From NCBI GenBank assembly GCA_951406725.2, contig OX597817.1, forward strand, positions 37,262,001 through 37,326,000: DNA of 64,000 bases, read 5' to 3'. This document shows positions 39,681-52,327 of this stretch, in pieces. Source of the stretch: Octopus vulgaris (lineage: Eukaryota). The first letter of the stretch is position 1; the number at the start of each line of letters is the position of its first letter. The notes beneath the pieces are model-generated. The model saw nothing but the letters and a program-made list of their open reading frames with translations, had not been told where the DNA came from and did no database searches. Position numbers and translations under genes: made by a program.

Positions 39681-40356
39681 TAGTTAAAATACCTTCAGAA
39701 TAATCAACATATGTATGCATGTATATATGTATTTATATAAGTATGTATGCGTGTGTGTTCGTGTGTGTGTTTGTGATTAGTCAGTTTTTATTTCAAGATT
39801 TCTTACCAATAGAGGTAGAGCTGGTATCCAATATAGATCCAACGCTCCGTCATTGGAATTTCAACATCAACAACAGGGTATATACGTACGTATGTATGCA
39901 TGTATGTATATATATGTATGTGTGCAGAATTGTATGTTTTGTTTTATGCATGTCTTTTCATGCATATAGTTGCATATCTAGACATGCTCATATATACTTA
40001 AATGATAAACTTCTGGAAAGTTTTACAGATTTTTACAGTTCTAATGATGGCTTCAGTATATATGAATGTATATGAATAGTATAAAATGGATCTTCTGTCG
40101 TTTAGAGTGATGATTACTCACGAACGTGTACCTTAACGTAATTCCCAAGTAGAATTTGCAAAGCATTGCGTAACGAAGCTGGCCTTTTTACTTACAGTTG
40201 CAATTCATTGCACGCGTTTCAACATAATTTCAATCCTCTCAGCTGCACTCACAAGACTCAGGCCAGCCCTAAACTATAGTAATATATTTACTCAGTTATA
40301 TATAAACATGCATATGTGTGTGAGTGTGTTTGTGTATATATATCTAATTCTAATAT

Positions 40357-40872
40357 TAACCATATTTACACTTATATGTTTATTAAATTTGGCATATATA
40401 TATATATATATATAATTATTAGGGAATATTACTTCAGAGTTCACAGGAAAAAGACACTCAAATTAGATGTACTAAAATGAACATCTCTCAATGTTTAATT
40501 CGTATATATAAAAGAAATTTTAGAGACAGAACCACCTTCAACACAATCAACCGACCACTCCATAAAATGTTAAAAATTAAATCTTATACTAACTAAGTCT
40601 ATTCTGAATCCTGTATTTTCCGTGTTTCACGGAAGTATCTAATCAATACCGACGTACTTTCATGAAACACATGTAGTCTTATAAACGGAAAATACAGAAT
40701 TCAGAATAGATATAGTTAGTATATGATTTAATTTTTAACACTTTGTGGAGTGGTCGGGTATAAAATCTTTGTGTTGATTGTGTTGAAGGTGGTTCTGTCT
40801 CTAAAATTACTGATATATATATATATATATATATGCCAAATTTTATAAACATATGCGTGTAAATATAGTTAA
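40357..40872. repeat. Nested inverted repeat (fold-back), Penelope pLTR-like
   Basis: Outer arms 40357-40410/40813-40872 and inner arms 40517-40623/40684-40809. The central hairpin GTGTTTCACGGAAGTA/TACTTTCATGAAACAC contains GAAACACATGTA. Confidence 0.85.
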
Positions 40873-41554
40873 GCACACGTATTGAATCTTCATTTTATTA
40901 CTGAGTTTTCACCACTATCTTTTCATTAAAATGTTAAAATCTCAACCGCCTCACCAAATAAATCGTTATTTTGTAACCTATATACTAGCTTTTTGTTATT
41001 TGGCTTTCCTTTAACCAGAATATAATGTATCATTTTCGCATACTTCAGCTTATGTAGCACTCCACAATTTGCTTTTCTATGAAATATTTACGCTTGTGTC
41101 TGTCTTTGTGTGTTTCTTGTCTTTATATATGTATGTCTACATGCACGCATGCATACATAATTCTGCGTAAACTTATATTTGTATTACATGTCTACGAACG
41201 GTGTATATGTGTATGAGTATTATTAATTTTTGTTGTTATGTATGTGTATGTATGAGTATTAATAATGTTTGTTGTTATATGTGTGTATATTTGTGTGCAT
41301 ATGTGTTTATATACGTAAACATATTTATACATATCCGAGTATATATATAATTTTACAGATGTGTCCAATTGTGTATGTACACAAGATCGTGAATAGATTC
41401 CGGCAACTTCCTACTTGTCGAATTCATATCACATATATTTATATTCATATTAATTTTATTAATATGAATTCAAATATATTCATCTAAATAAATCTTTCAT
41501 TTGCATCTCCTTATATTAGTATGAGTTAACGTGCGTGTGTTTGCGTGTGCGTGT

Positions 41555-41703
41555 ATATATGTATGTATGCATTCATGCATGTATGTGTGTATGTATGTAT
41601 ATATGCATGCATGTATGTTTGTATGTATGCATGCATGTATGTATGTATGTATGCATGCATGTATGTATGTATGCATGTATGTATATATATGTATGCATGT
41701 ATG

Positions 41704-41752
<49 letters not shown>

Positions 41753-42251
41753 GTACGTATATATGTATGTATGTATGTATGTACTTATATATGTGTATGT
41801 ATGTATGCACGTATATATGTATGTATGTATGTATGTACGTATATATGTATGTACGTATGTATGTATGTATGTACGTATATATGTATGTATGTATGTACGT
41901 ATGTATGTATGTATGTATTATGTATGTACGCATGTATGTATGTATGTATGTATGTACGTATATATGTATGTATGTACGTATATATGTATGTATGTATGTA
42001 TGTACGTATATATTATGTATGTATATATGTATATATATATGTATGTATGTATATATGTATATATATATATATGTATGTATATATGTATATATATATATAT
42101 GTATGCATGTATATATGTATATATATATATGTATGCATGTATATATGTATATATATATATGTATGTATGTATATATGTATGTATGTATATATGTATGTAT
42201 ATATATATGTATATATATATGTATGTATATATATATATGTATATATATATG

Positions 42252-42288
<37 letters not shown>

Positions 42289-42976
42289 GTATATATATGT
42301 ATATATATATATGTATATGTATATATATATATATGTATATATATATATGTATATGTATATATATATATATGTGTATATATATATATGTATATATGTATAT
42401 ATATGTATATATGTATATATATGTATGTATCTATATATATATATGTATATATATGTATGTATGTATGTATATATATATATGTATATATGTATATATATAT
42501 ATGTATGTATATATATATGTATGTATACTCTTTTACTCTTTTACTTGTTTCAGCCATCCGGCTGAGGCCATGCTGGGGCACCGCCCTTGTTGCTACCCTC
42601 TCTAAGTCCAGTTTGCCGTGGCTGGCCACTGATCTAAGAGAGAGTTTGTAGCTGCTGCCCTTAGGTTACCTTCGTACCTTGCAGTGGGTTCATCTGGGAT
42701 CCCGGAAAGCAGCTTGTCTAGATGTTTTTTGAAAATGTCCACATCCGCATCATGTAGATCTCTTAGTTTTCTTGTATGTACGCATGTATATATATATGTA
42801 TATATGTATATATATATATGTATGTATATATATATGTATGTATATATATATGTATGTATATATATATGTATGTATGTATATATGTATGTCTGTATGTATA
42901 TATATATGTATGTATGTATGTATGTATATATATATGTATATATATATATATATGTATGTATATATATATATGTATG

Positions 42977-43013
<37 letters not shown>

Positions 43014-43045
43014 GTATGTATATATATATATATGTATGTATAATG

Positions 43046-43079
<34 letters not shown>

Positions 43080-43287
43080 TATGTATTATGTATGTATGTA
43101 TATATATATGTATGTATATATATATATATGTATTATGTATGTATATATATGTATGTATGTATATATATATATATGTATTATGTATGTATGTATATATATG
43201 TATGTCTGTATGTATATATGTATTATGTATGTATGTATATATATATTTATGTCTGTATGTATGTATATATATATATATATATGTATG

Positions 43288-43322
<35 letters not shown>

Positions 43323-43323
43323 A

Positions 43324-43359
<36 letters not shown>

Positions 43360-43413
43360 TGTATGTATGTATATATGTATGTATGTATATATATATGTAT
43401 GTATATATGTAGG

Positions 43414-43452
<39 letters not shown>
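41555..43452. repeat. ~1.9 kb compound (TATG)n/(TA)n satellite interrupted by a LINE fragment
   Basis: Read directly from the sequence; it produces the 340-368 aa pseudo-ORFs. Confidence 0.97.
42526..42774 (-). pseudogene. 3' end of a CR1/L2-group LINE
   Basis: [48 protein letters not shown] matches the FK..LD..L..IPD.P C-terminal motif. Tail: GGCGGTGCCCCAGCATGGCC...CTGAAACAAGTAAAAGAGTAAAAGAG. Confidence 0.8.
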
Positions 43453-43455
<3 letters not shown>

Positions 43456-44200
43456 AATTAAGGACTGAACACGAAAAGTGGACAGTCAACATGCTAGATA
43501 TAGACGTCAAATCGCCATTCTCCACAAAGATTATGTTCTCAAATAAAATGAAATTCAGCACAAACCAAAGCAACAAATAAGACAAATGAAAATATACGAA
43601 ATGAAATAATCACCTGCGTACTGATCAGTTTCAGTTATTAATATCCGCAAGGATATCTGTAACTTCGTCAGCACAGTCTGTTATGAACATAATTTGCTGG
43701 ACTAGATGCAAAAAACGATACCGGAGTTTCGCATGCATAAAGTACAACCGATTAAGTTCGAATGTATCTTTCAAATGCCTTTACTTTTGGCGCGCTGAGA
43801 CCCGAAAAACCAGCCAGCAGCTAATAATTAGCAGCAGTCAATTTATCGGTTTGAGAACATATATATATTAAAATTAATTAAGGGTAGAAATTGATATTAG
43901 TCAATTAAGACCAGTGGTCTAGCATATTAAGAAGAATCCGAAGATTAAAATATTTATATATACCAATTAAGGATTGAACACGAAAAGTGGACAGTCAACA
44001 TGCTAGATATAGACGTCAAATCGCCATTCTCCACAAAGATTATGTTCTCAAATAAAATAAAATTCAGCACAAACCAAAGCAATAAATAAGACAAATGTGT
44101 TCAGTCCTTAATTGGTATATATAAATATTTTAATCTTCGGATTCTTCTTAATATGCTAGACCACTGGTTTTAATTGACCAATATCAATTTCTACCCTTAG

Positions 44201-44210
<10 letters not shown>
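43451..44210. mobile_element. Penelope-like pseudo-LTR block with direct and inverted repeats
   Basis: 43451-43588 is directly repeated at 43960-44097. 43860-43980 is inverted at 44098-44210. It contains a hammerhead motif and is flanked by (TA)n on both sides. Confidence 0.7.
43614..43676 (-). ncRNA. Type I hammerhead ribozyme, intact catalytic core
   Basis: Minus strand: CTGTG-CTGACGA-AGTTA(CAGATATCCTTGCGGATATTAA)TAACT-GAAA-CTGATCAG-TA-CGCAG. Helix I is 5 bp (one G-U), helix II is AGTTA/TAACT, helix III is palindromic, and the cleavage triplet is GUA. Confidence 0.78.
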
Positions 44211-44251
<41 letters not shown>

Positions 44252-44255
<4 letters not shown>

Positions 44256-45479
44256 GTCTTCCCTTAGATAATGTGGTTTTTTGAATTGCTTCAATTAAAA
44301 ATCAGAGGGGGCTGGGACAAATTACCGTCGCCAGTTTGCTATGAAAGCAGCTGGTAATTTTACTTTATGCTTATTTTTATTGCAAGTTTTGATGAGTGCG
44401 GTTCGAGTTTAGCAGTTAATTTTTCAAAGCTACAATGGAAGTGACAAAGGAGCTCTTCGGCATATTTTGCTTTGTGAGTTCAATAAAGACAACAACGCAA
44501 CGGCAAGTGCGAGGAATATTAATGCAGTATATGGGGAGCTGGCAGAAACGTTAACGCGCCGGGCGAAATGCGTAGCTGTATTTCGTCTGCCGCTACGTTC
44601 TGAGTTCAAATTCCGCCGAGGTCGACTTTGCCTTTCATCCTTTCGGGGTCGATAAATTAAGTACCAGTTACGCACTGGGATCGATGTAATCGACTTAATC
44701 CGTTTGTCTGTCCTTGTTTGTCCCCTCTGTGTTTAGCCCCTTGTGGGTAGTAAAGAAATATATATGGGGATCGGACAATAAGTGTAAGACAGATCCAACA
44801 GTAACTCCAGAAATTCCGAGCCGGAAATTACAGCGTAGAAGACTAAACTCGTCCTGGAGGATCTGTAGAGTTCGACGAGGACATCCTGCAAACCCTGGCG
44901 GAACAAAATCCCATCGTAACTGTCGAGGAACTAGCAGAGAAGCTTGGAATTGGTCATTCAACCAGTCATCGACACCTGCGTGCCATCGGGAAACGCCCCC
45001 AGACGATGAAGTAGGCTAGCCCAATATGTAGATATAGAGGGAGAAGTCTAGACGTCAGAGTAAAGTTGAGCAGAGGTCATCCGAACATGCGACATAACAG
45101 GTTTCAAGACGAAAGGTGTTCTTCCATCAGTATAATGCTCAGCCACATAAAGCGCGGATGCTATTCCAAAGGCTGGAGCAGTTTGGATGAGAAACTATGC
45201 CCCAACCACCGTATTCGCCAGACATTGCCCCATCTGATTATCATTTATTCCGCAGTCTTCAAAACATTTGAACGGAAAAATTATGAATTCTCTATACGAA
45301 GTCAGAACACTACCGGAGGAGTATTTTTCATGACGGACAACTGAATTTTGGAAGAGGGGCTTTGCAAGTCTACCAGACAGATGTAAGATCATTGTAGAAA
45401 ATTAAGGAGAATATATTTTAGATTAAAAATGAACTTTGTTTATCTTAAATTTGAAAATTGAAATAAGGATAAAAAACGC

Positions 45480-45484
<5 letters not shown>
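44252..45484 (+). mobile_element. Mariner transposon, internally deleted and pseudogenised
   Basis: Left TIR TTGGGTCTTCCCTTAGATAATGTGGTTTTTT; partial right TIR AAAAAACGCATTAT, with the rest lost into (TA)n. Transposase from ATG 44435: ...RHILL.EFNK.NNAT.SARNINAVYG...EELAEKLG..HST..RHL, then FFHQ.NA.PH...PPYSPDIAPSDYHLFRSLQ (45212-45241), stop at 45424-45426. Confidence 0.93.
44538..44760 (+). mobile_element. SINE family A inserted in the mariner transposase, 10 bp TSD
   Basis: TSD TATATGGGGA at 44528-44537 and 44761-44770; the monomer is near consensus. Confidence 0.93.
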
Positions 45485-45538
<54 letters not shown>

Positions 45539-45848
45539 GTGTCTCTTACACATTCAGGGGCATTGATATGCCTGCATGTATTTTTACCCCAGCATTCCAA
45601 TTCTTACTACTTCTCTTCGGCTGAAAAACAATTCTCAGTTATATCCTTACTACATTTTACATTTGATATTGCTTTCGATGACTAAAAGCCATATTCCTAT
45701 TTCTCATTTATGTTTGTTTATTCGTAAATACACAGACACACGCACACACTCACATTACGTATGAAATAGAGTCGCAGGAAGTTGAATACGGTATATGCAT
45801 GCAATGTCTATACTCAAACGTGAGAAGTGATTTAGCTGCGAAAATACT

Positions 45849-45899
<51 letters not shown>

Positions 45900-47065
45900 T
45901 TGTTAGTCAGAAAGGAAGATATTGCCCATGATTCAAAACAGGGCTTCCGAGACTGATGGGACAGAGCAAAATGTTCCCAAACTCGAGATCTGAACCGAAT
46001 GATTCCAGAAGTGAATTCCCTTAAAAGCACCCAAGATACTAGGTGGTAATGGCGGAGAGGAGGAGATAAAGTCAAACTGGGTGACTGGGTGACTGGCTAA
46101 GTCTAACAACCAAGTAGACTATAGTGGGATTTGAACTCTGAATGCAAAGAGCCAGAGCTAATACCGGAAGGCATCTGGACGAACTTTCTTACAGCTGCGC
46201 TAATTTGCCTTCCTGGTTTAACAACTTCATCGATCTCCAAAATAAAGAAAGGGAAAGGAGACCCAGAGGGAAGTCAAAAGTTCAGAGGGTCGGAGCATGC
46301 TATCTGATACTAGAATAATATATTTCCACTTGAAAGTTATGTAGAGTGTTCATTTACATGAGAGTATGGACATTATCGATGAACTGCAATCCTAAGTTTT
46401 AATATTTCTCAAAAAAACATAAATAGATAAGGCATCGTGTTAATTAATTTACTAATGAACTTCATTTCATAGGAAACACTCAATTTTTTTTTTTAATATA
46501 TTTCTTTACCATCTCTCAGTAACATATATTTAGAGTAGCACCTTATATGAATCAACAATCCGCCTAATCCATTAACGATATAACTCCATGCAGAATTTTC
46601 AACGCTTTTTTTTGTTATGCTTTTGATTTTAAAAAAAATGTTATTACAAAATATCGATTTAAATTCACTTCTTTCCAAATAGCATCCGATTATTCTTTTT
46701 AAGAAACATTTTGGTTTTACTATCATATATTCCGGTTTCGCAATATTAACAGTTTTAACTTCTACCTTTAGTTCCAACTGTATTGCCTCGTCTTTTTTTT
46801 TTTTCATTTTTTTTTCTCCATTGTCGACCAGTGCATTAAGTATCAGAATTTGCAGTTATAGGTAGATAAATATATTGATTAATTAATAAACCGGACTGCG
46901 CTTCCTTTTAAAACACATAGTACTAGTGTAAATCACTCATACGGATAGCTACATAGAATTTAGTTGAATGTATATCTTGAAGCATATATACTGCCCATTG
47001 GATATCGTACATGGCACTATTTCTGCTTGTTTTACAACATCTAGTCTTAACATAGTTTGTTGTTG

Positions 47066-47362
47066 TTCCTTCTCGAGCCACGCCTGGCTCATAGGGCCGG
47101 TTCTCCGGTTTCCTTGGCGTATAGGTTCCCCACCTGGATGGGACACCAGTCCGTCGCAGGTGAGCTGCAAGATGCACGAGGAAAAAGCGAGAGAAAGTTG
47201 TGGCGAACGAGTCAACAGAACTTCACTATTACCTTCTGCCGGAGGCGCGTGGACTTTAGGTGTTTCGCCCATAACCAGATACATTGCCCGGTCTTAGATT
47301 CGAACCCGCGATCCCTCGATCGCGAGTTCGCTGCTCTAACCACTAGGTCATGATGTGCCTCC
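47066..47362 (-). mobile_element. SINE with family B head and V-domain-like 3' part
   Basis: Minus-strand head GGCACATCATGACCTAGTGGTTAGAGCAGCG...GGTTCGAATCT; GACGGACTGGTGTCCCATCCAGG; ATGAGCCAGGCGTGGCTCGAGAAGGAACAACAAC. Confidence 0.8.
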
Positions 47363-47886
47363 ACAGTTGCCAAAGTAGCAAGTTTCAAATATCTCAACCT
47401 ATGTCCTACACACTAATTAATCCAGTTCGATGAAATTAAGTTCCAGAGAGTTTTAAAATAGAACGACACCTCCTTGCTCTAATTTTACAAATACGTAGAA
47501 TAAAAATTCACACACGTGAGAACATACTCGATGTTAATTTAGTATCAGCTTCTTTTAATTACATTACAGTTAATTATTCAAACTGTTGAAACACATCGCT
47601 AACCTTCTATCATATTAAAATCTGTCAAGAATATGACTGCAGAAGGAGCTGAGGCGAGTAAAATGGAAATAGGGGATAGGAGTTATGGTTAAGGTGTGGG
47701 TTGAGGGGAAATGGGGAGAGTATTCCGGGAGACTGAGGTAACAGTGGGGGGTTCGAGGTGGCCAATGAAAACAGAGAAGTATACAAATTTGGCAGAAACG
47801 GTTGTGGAATTAGGGAGCTAATGAATATTAATTTTAAGGCTTGGTAGAAATATTTAATATACAAGTATATGTGTATATGTGTGCGC

Positions 47887-47934
<48 letters not shown>

Positions 47935-48500
47935 GTGTGTATGTACATTTATTTTCTAACACCTTTCTTCTTTTCTTTATCTATCTAATTCTCGCACCTA
48001 TTGTCTCGTTATTCTTCCATGTCGCTTGCTATCTTTTTCATTTGATTACTTCCTTTCCTCCCACCTTCTCATTCTTTTCCCTCCTCCACCCCGTTTCTTT
48101 TTCCTTTCCTGGTTTTATGGAATTCTCTTAGAAATATCTCGATTAGTTTTTTTTTTTTTTTTTACCATTTGAACTTTTCATTCATTGCCATTGGCCACTT
48201 CTGTAGACGTTTCTATGGATTTTCAACGTAAATCGATATCTCTTCTGGAATTTTGCCTTTCAACAACATCATCACCAACATCTGCAGTCATAACAGCAAC
48301 AACAACAATAATGGAAACGAGCAACAACGACGGCGACTGTGACGACAACGACGGTGATAATGATGATGATGATGATGATGACGTCGACGAGTGATGATAA
48401 TTTATTACTATGATGATGATGGTCATTTCAACAAAGACATCAGCTCCAGGGGCACCCATAATAATAAAATAATAAAACATACATACATACATCTAACTTT

Positions 48501-48552
<52 letters not shown>

Positions 48553-48867
48553 ACTCATTCCATATTCAAACTGATATTGTTTTGAAATGAAAATCTATGA
48601 CACTAAGGCAAGGTAATTAAGTACACCTTAAAACGGAAAAAATTAAGAATCTATTTCATACCTTGAAACAGCTTGTAGGCTCACACGAGTAAATATTAGA
48701 TTAACTACTTGCACTTAATGATTGTTTTAAAGTGAAAGGGGTTTGTAGTAGGGATGAACCGATAAATAAAGATATTATTAATCTGTATTAAACATATACA
48801 TATTGGATACCTGGGATTCACCCAGATGGTTCATATTCGATTCCCGGCATGCGAAGTTTTCAACATA

Positions 48868-49107
48868 CAGGCATAACTGTGTGATTAAGAAACTTGCGTT
48901 GGTTTTGGGTTCAGCCACGTGGTTTTGGGCTCAGCAACGCGGTTTTGGGATTAGCCATGTGGCTTTGGGTTCGGACCCGCTGTTTGGCTATGCATCTTTT
49001 ATCATAGCCTCGGGCTGTCTAGTGCCATGTGAGTGAATTTAGGTAAGGAAAACTATGAAGTGCTCGTTGTATATATGTATATATATGCAAACTATGTAGG
49101 TGCTCGT

Positions 49108-49143
<36 letters not shown>

Positions 49144-49420
49144 TGTGTGTGTGTGTTTGTGTATGAGAGTGTGTGTTTCTGTGTGCGCACGTATGTCTGT
49201 GTGTTTGTCTCCATTCGACCGCTAAACAACCGGTGCAGGTTTACTTACGAAACGTCACCGTCACTTACCGGTTTCACAAATGAAACAAATAGAATAAGTA
49301 CCAGACTATAAAAAATAATAAAAAGAAACAAATACAGCGGTCGATTTGCTCGACTAACCCTTTCAATGCGATGCTACTGTACAGCCGGATTCCAATGACT
49401 GAAATAAATAGATAAAAATA
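48868..49420 (+). mobile_element. Degenerate SINE family C with a tandemly amplified B-box region
   Basis: Head GGCATAACTGTGTGATTAAG, four copies of a 20 bp GGTTTTGGGTTCAGCCACGT-like unit, and tail ATAGAATAAGTACCAG...AATGACTGAAATAAA. Confidence 0.7.
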
Positions 49421-50003
49421 AAATATACCAAGACAGAAGAGCATTATAGATGGAGAAGCAGATATTTAGAGAGAAAAATCGTTCGATTATATCCTCTGGT
49501 GTCTCCAGTTCGCCAAGAAATTTATCTGTGAAAATTACCCAGATGCTCACCATATAGATTCCATATGATCGTTCGACCTGCTAAATCTCAGCCCACTCAA
49601 ACTCTGATCACACATCCTCCATCTCAAAAAAATATGCGTTGGATAACGTGGCAATATTTTCGCCTCTTATAGGAATAAGATGAGTTGATCATAGATGGAA
49701 TAACTTTGAACGTAAGTCCACTCCAAGTGAGGTGACCCAGGGTTAAATACAACAGCAACAACGACAAATTATCCAAGATAAACAGTGAGAGTACCTAAGC
49801 ACTGTTTGTGCAAAAAATAGATGTCAAATCTTTTACATATCACAAACTAAAATCTTTAAAAGGAGAAATATATATCAGAGTTGTTCTAGGTGACTTCACA
49901 AAATAGAGAACGCTTTTGATGAAATACAAGTGTAGTATAAATCTAATGAACAATGAAAAAGACAATAAGGAAGTAAGAAAGTTTTAAAGAAAGTAGAAAG
50001 TGA

Positions 50004-50037
50004 CTTAACGTTTCGGATAGAAGTCCATCATCAAAAG
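50004..50037 (-). ncRNA. Minimal hammerhead-like motif (C3U variant)
   Basis: Minus strand: CTT-TTGATGA-T-GGA-CTTCTA-TCC-GAAA-CG-TT-AAG; same layout as the motif at 24047. Confidence 0.4.
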
Positions 50038-50499
50038 AAAATGAGATAGCGTAGAGAGAAAGAGAAATAGCTGGTAACAAAAACAAACAAACGGTCCAAA
50101 CGGTAGAAACCAGGTATAAATGCTGTTCTATGAGGGGAAGGTTAGAAGGGTGGCAGGGACAGCTGTGTAGACAAAAGTATAAGGGCGTATCGTGAAAGAG
50201 GCATAAGATGGGGCAGCAGTATAAGTATGAGTACAGGGGTGTGCAAATGTGCAAATATTGTGTTGTTGGCTAGTGGGATAGCGGGGTGGGTGTGTGTACG
50301 TGTACGAAATCTTTAGTTGAGTGATGTGAAGGAAGTGAGACCAGGAGTAAGTTGGAGGGGAAATAATGCTATTATTAATTGGATGGCAAAATGAATGTAA
50401 AGAGCAATGTGGAACAATATTGGCATGTGTCGAAGTATAAGACAAAAGCAGCATATATATGAGAGAGAGAGAGAGAGAGACAGATGTATGACTGCATGC

Positions 50500-50618
<119 letters not shown>

Positions 50619-51019
50619 GAAAGAGAGAAAAACACTCGTACTAAGACTAGCAACAGTACCCGGGCTTGCCTCAATTTTTTAATGCCTTAAAAATATATAA
50701 TCCTATGAATTCCTCATATCTGGGATAAAGTGTTTCAAAAACATGCTGGCAATTATTACTTGGTTCGTAAACGTTGTTTCAATTAGCATTGGTGTATCCG
50801 AACAATCCAGAAAGTGATTCGGTTTGAGTTTCATAAAAACACGCAAAATAATCGAATCGAATCTAATGTAAAAATTTACTCTTACACTTCGTTTATTATT
50901 GTTTGGAATAATAATTTTTTTCTCCGAATACTGTACTAATTTACATAATTAATCTATTTTAATTAACAAAAAATAAATGTGCTATTTCAGAAAGATCAGA
51001 AAGTGTCAGAGAAAGCCAC

Positions 51020-51439
51020 ATAACCTATGATCTTCCTTGAAAAGCTGTGCTCCTATGCAAAATTTCAAGTGTCTGGACGCAAAACTATGGCCTATTTCTT
51101 CGAACATCCATATATAAATACACTCATTCATATTTACATACTGACGTACATGCTTATTGAGAGGCACGAAGAAATAGGGTAGGGCAGACATTCAGGCTAT
51201 ATATGCAAAGAGTTTGATTTAATATTTAATATATAATTAAATATAACACACACGTATATATATGCTTACGTATAGAAAAGAAATGAATATATATATTTTA
51301 CGTATTTGTATGCATGTATATATGCTTATATATGTGTATATATGTACATATGCTTATATATGTGTATTAATATATAAGCTTATATTTATATATGTGTGTG
51401 TGTCTATCTACGTTCTTATATATATTTGTATATATATAT

Positions 51440-51516
<77 letters not shown>

Positions 51517-51605
51517 ATGTCCGAAGATATAGGCCATAGTTTTGCGCTCAGACACTTGAAATTTTGCATAGGAGCACAGCTTTACAAGGAAAGATCATAG
51601 GTTAT
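51020..51605. repeat. Inverted repeat, ~95 bp arms around a ~390 bp TA-rich spacer
   Basis: 51020-51116 (ATAACCTATGATC...CAAAATTTCAAGTGTCTG...ACATCCATATA) is the reverse complement of 51509-51605. Confidence 0.88.
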
Positions 51606-51606
51606 A

Positions 51607-51645
<39 letters not shown>

Positions 51646-52242
51646 GCATGTATGTATGCATATAACTAGATGTTTATTATTATATCAAAATATACAATTA
51701 CGTGTGCTAAAGCTATCAAATCATGTATGTTTGTGCCGTCTTTTTCGTATTGTAGCAGCATTGTAAGAAAGTCGGGACGGAAATTTCAGCCATTGCCTAC
51801 TTAGCTGGTTGACGAAATCTGCGAACCGGTTGAAGTTTATCTCCTGATACTTTGTATGTATTTAGTATATCAGACCTATTTGCAAGTATTTGGTCCAGGT
51901 TTCCTGTTTGAACATACCCTTCAACATCCTTTCCTCCAGCTTTGGAGGTTCCTTTATTGGCCATTGCACTGCCTTTCCCACTGGTTTATAAACAGGAAAA
52001 AATAAAGGTATAGTTCTGCATTGAGTAACATAGACTACTGCTTCTAATATGCACTCAACCACATTAGGTAACTTTGAAACTATTAGTAACATGGAATGAC
52101 AGGTTTCTACAGTACTCTAATACGCATGCGCACGCACACAACTCATACATATATAATGAATATACGTGTGTAAATATATGAGCACATATATATATATTAT
52201 GCATTGGTATAGATTTACACACATACATACATACACACATAC

Positions 52243-52327
<85 letters not shown>

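Noticed and set aside
41526-42651. Long 344-368 aa ORFs in several frames
   Set aside because: They are translations of (TA)n/(TATG)n repeats that lack stops, with no domain content.
48898-48980. Short regularly spaced repeats as a CRISPR array
   Set aside because: The units are contiguous with no unique spacers, lie inside a SINE in eukaryotic DNA, and no cas genes are present.
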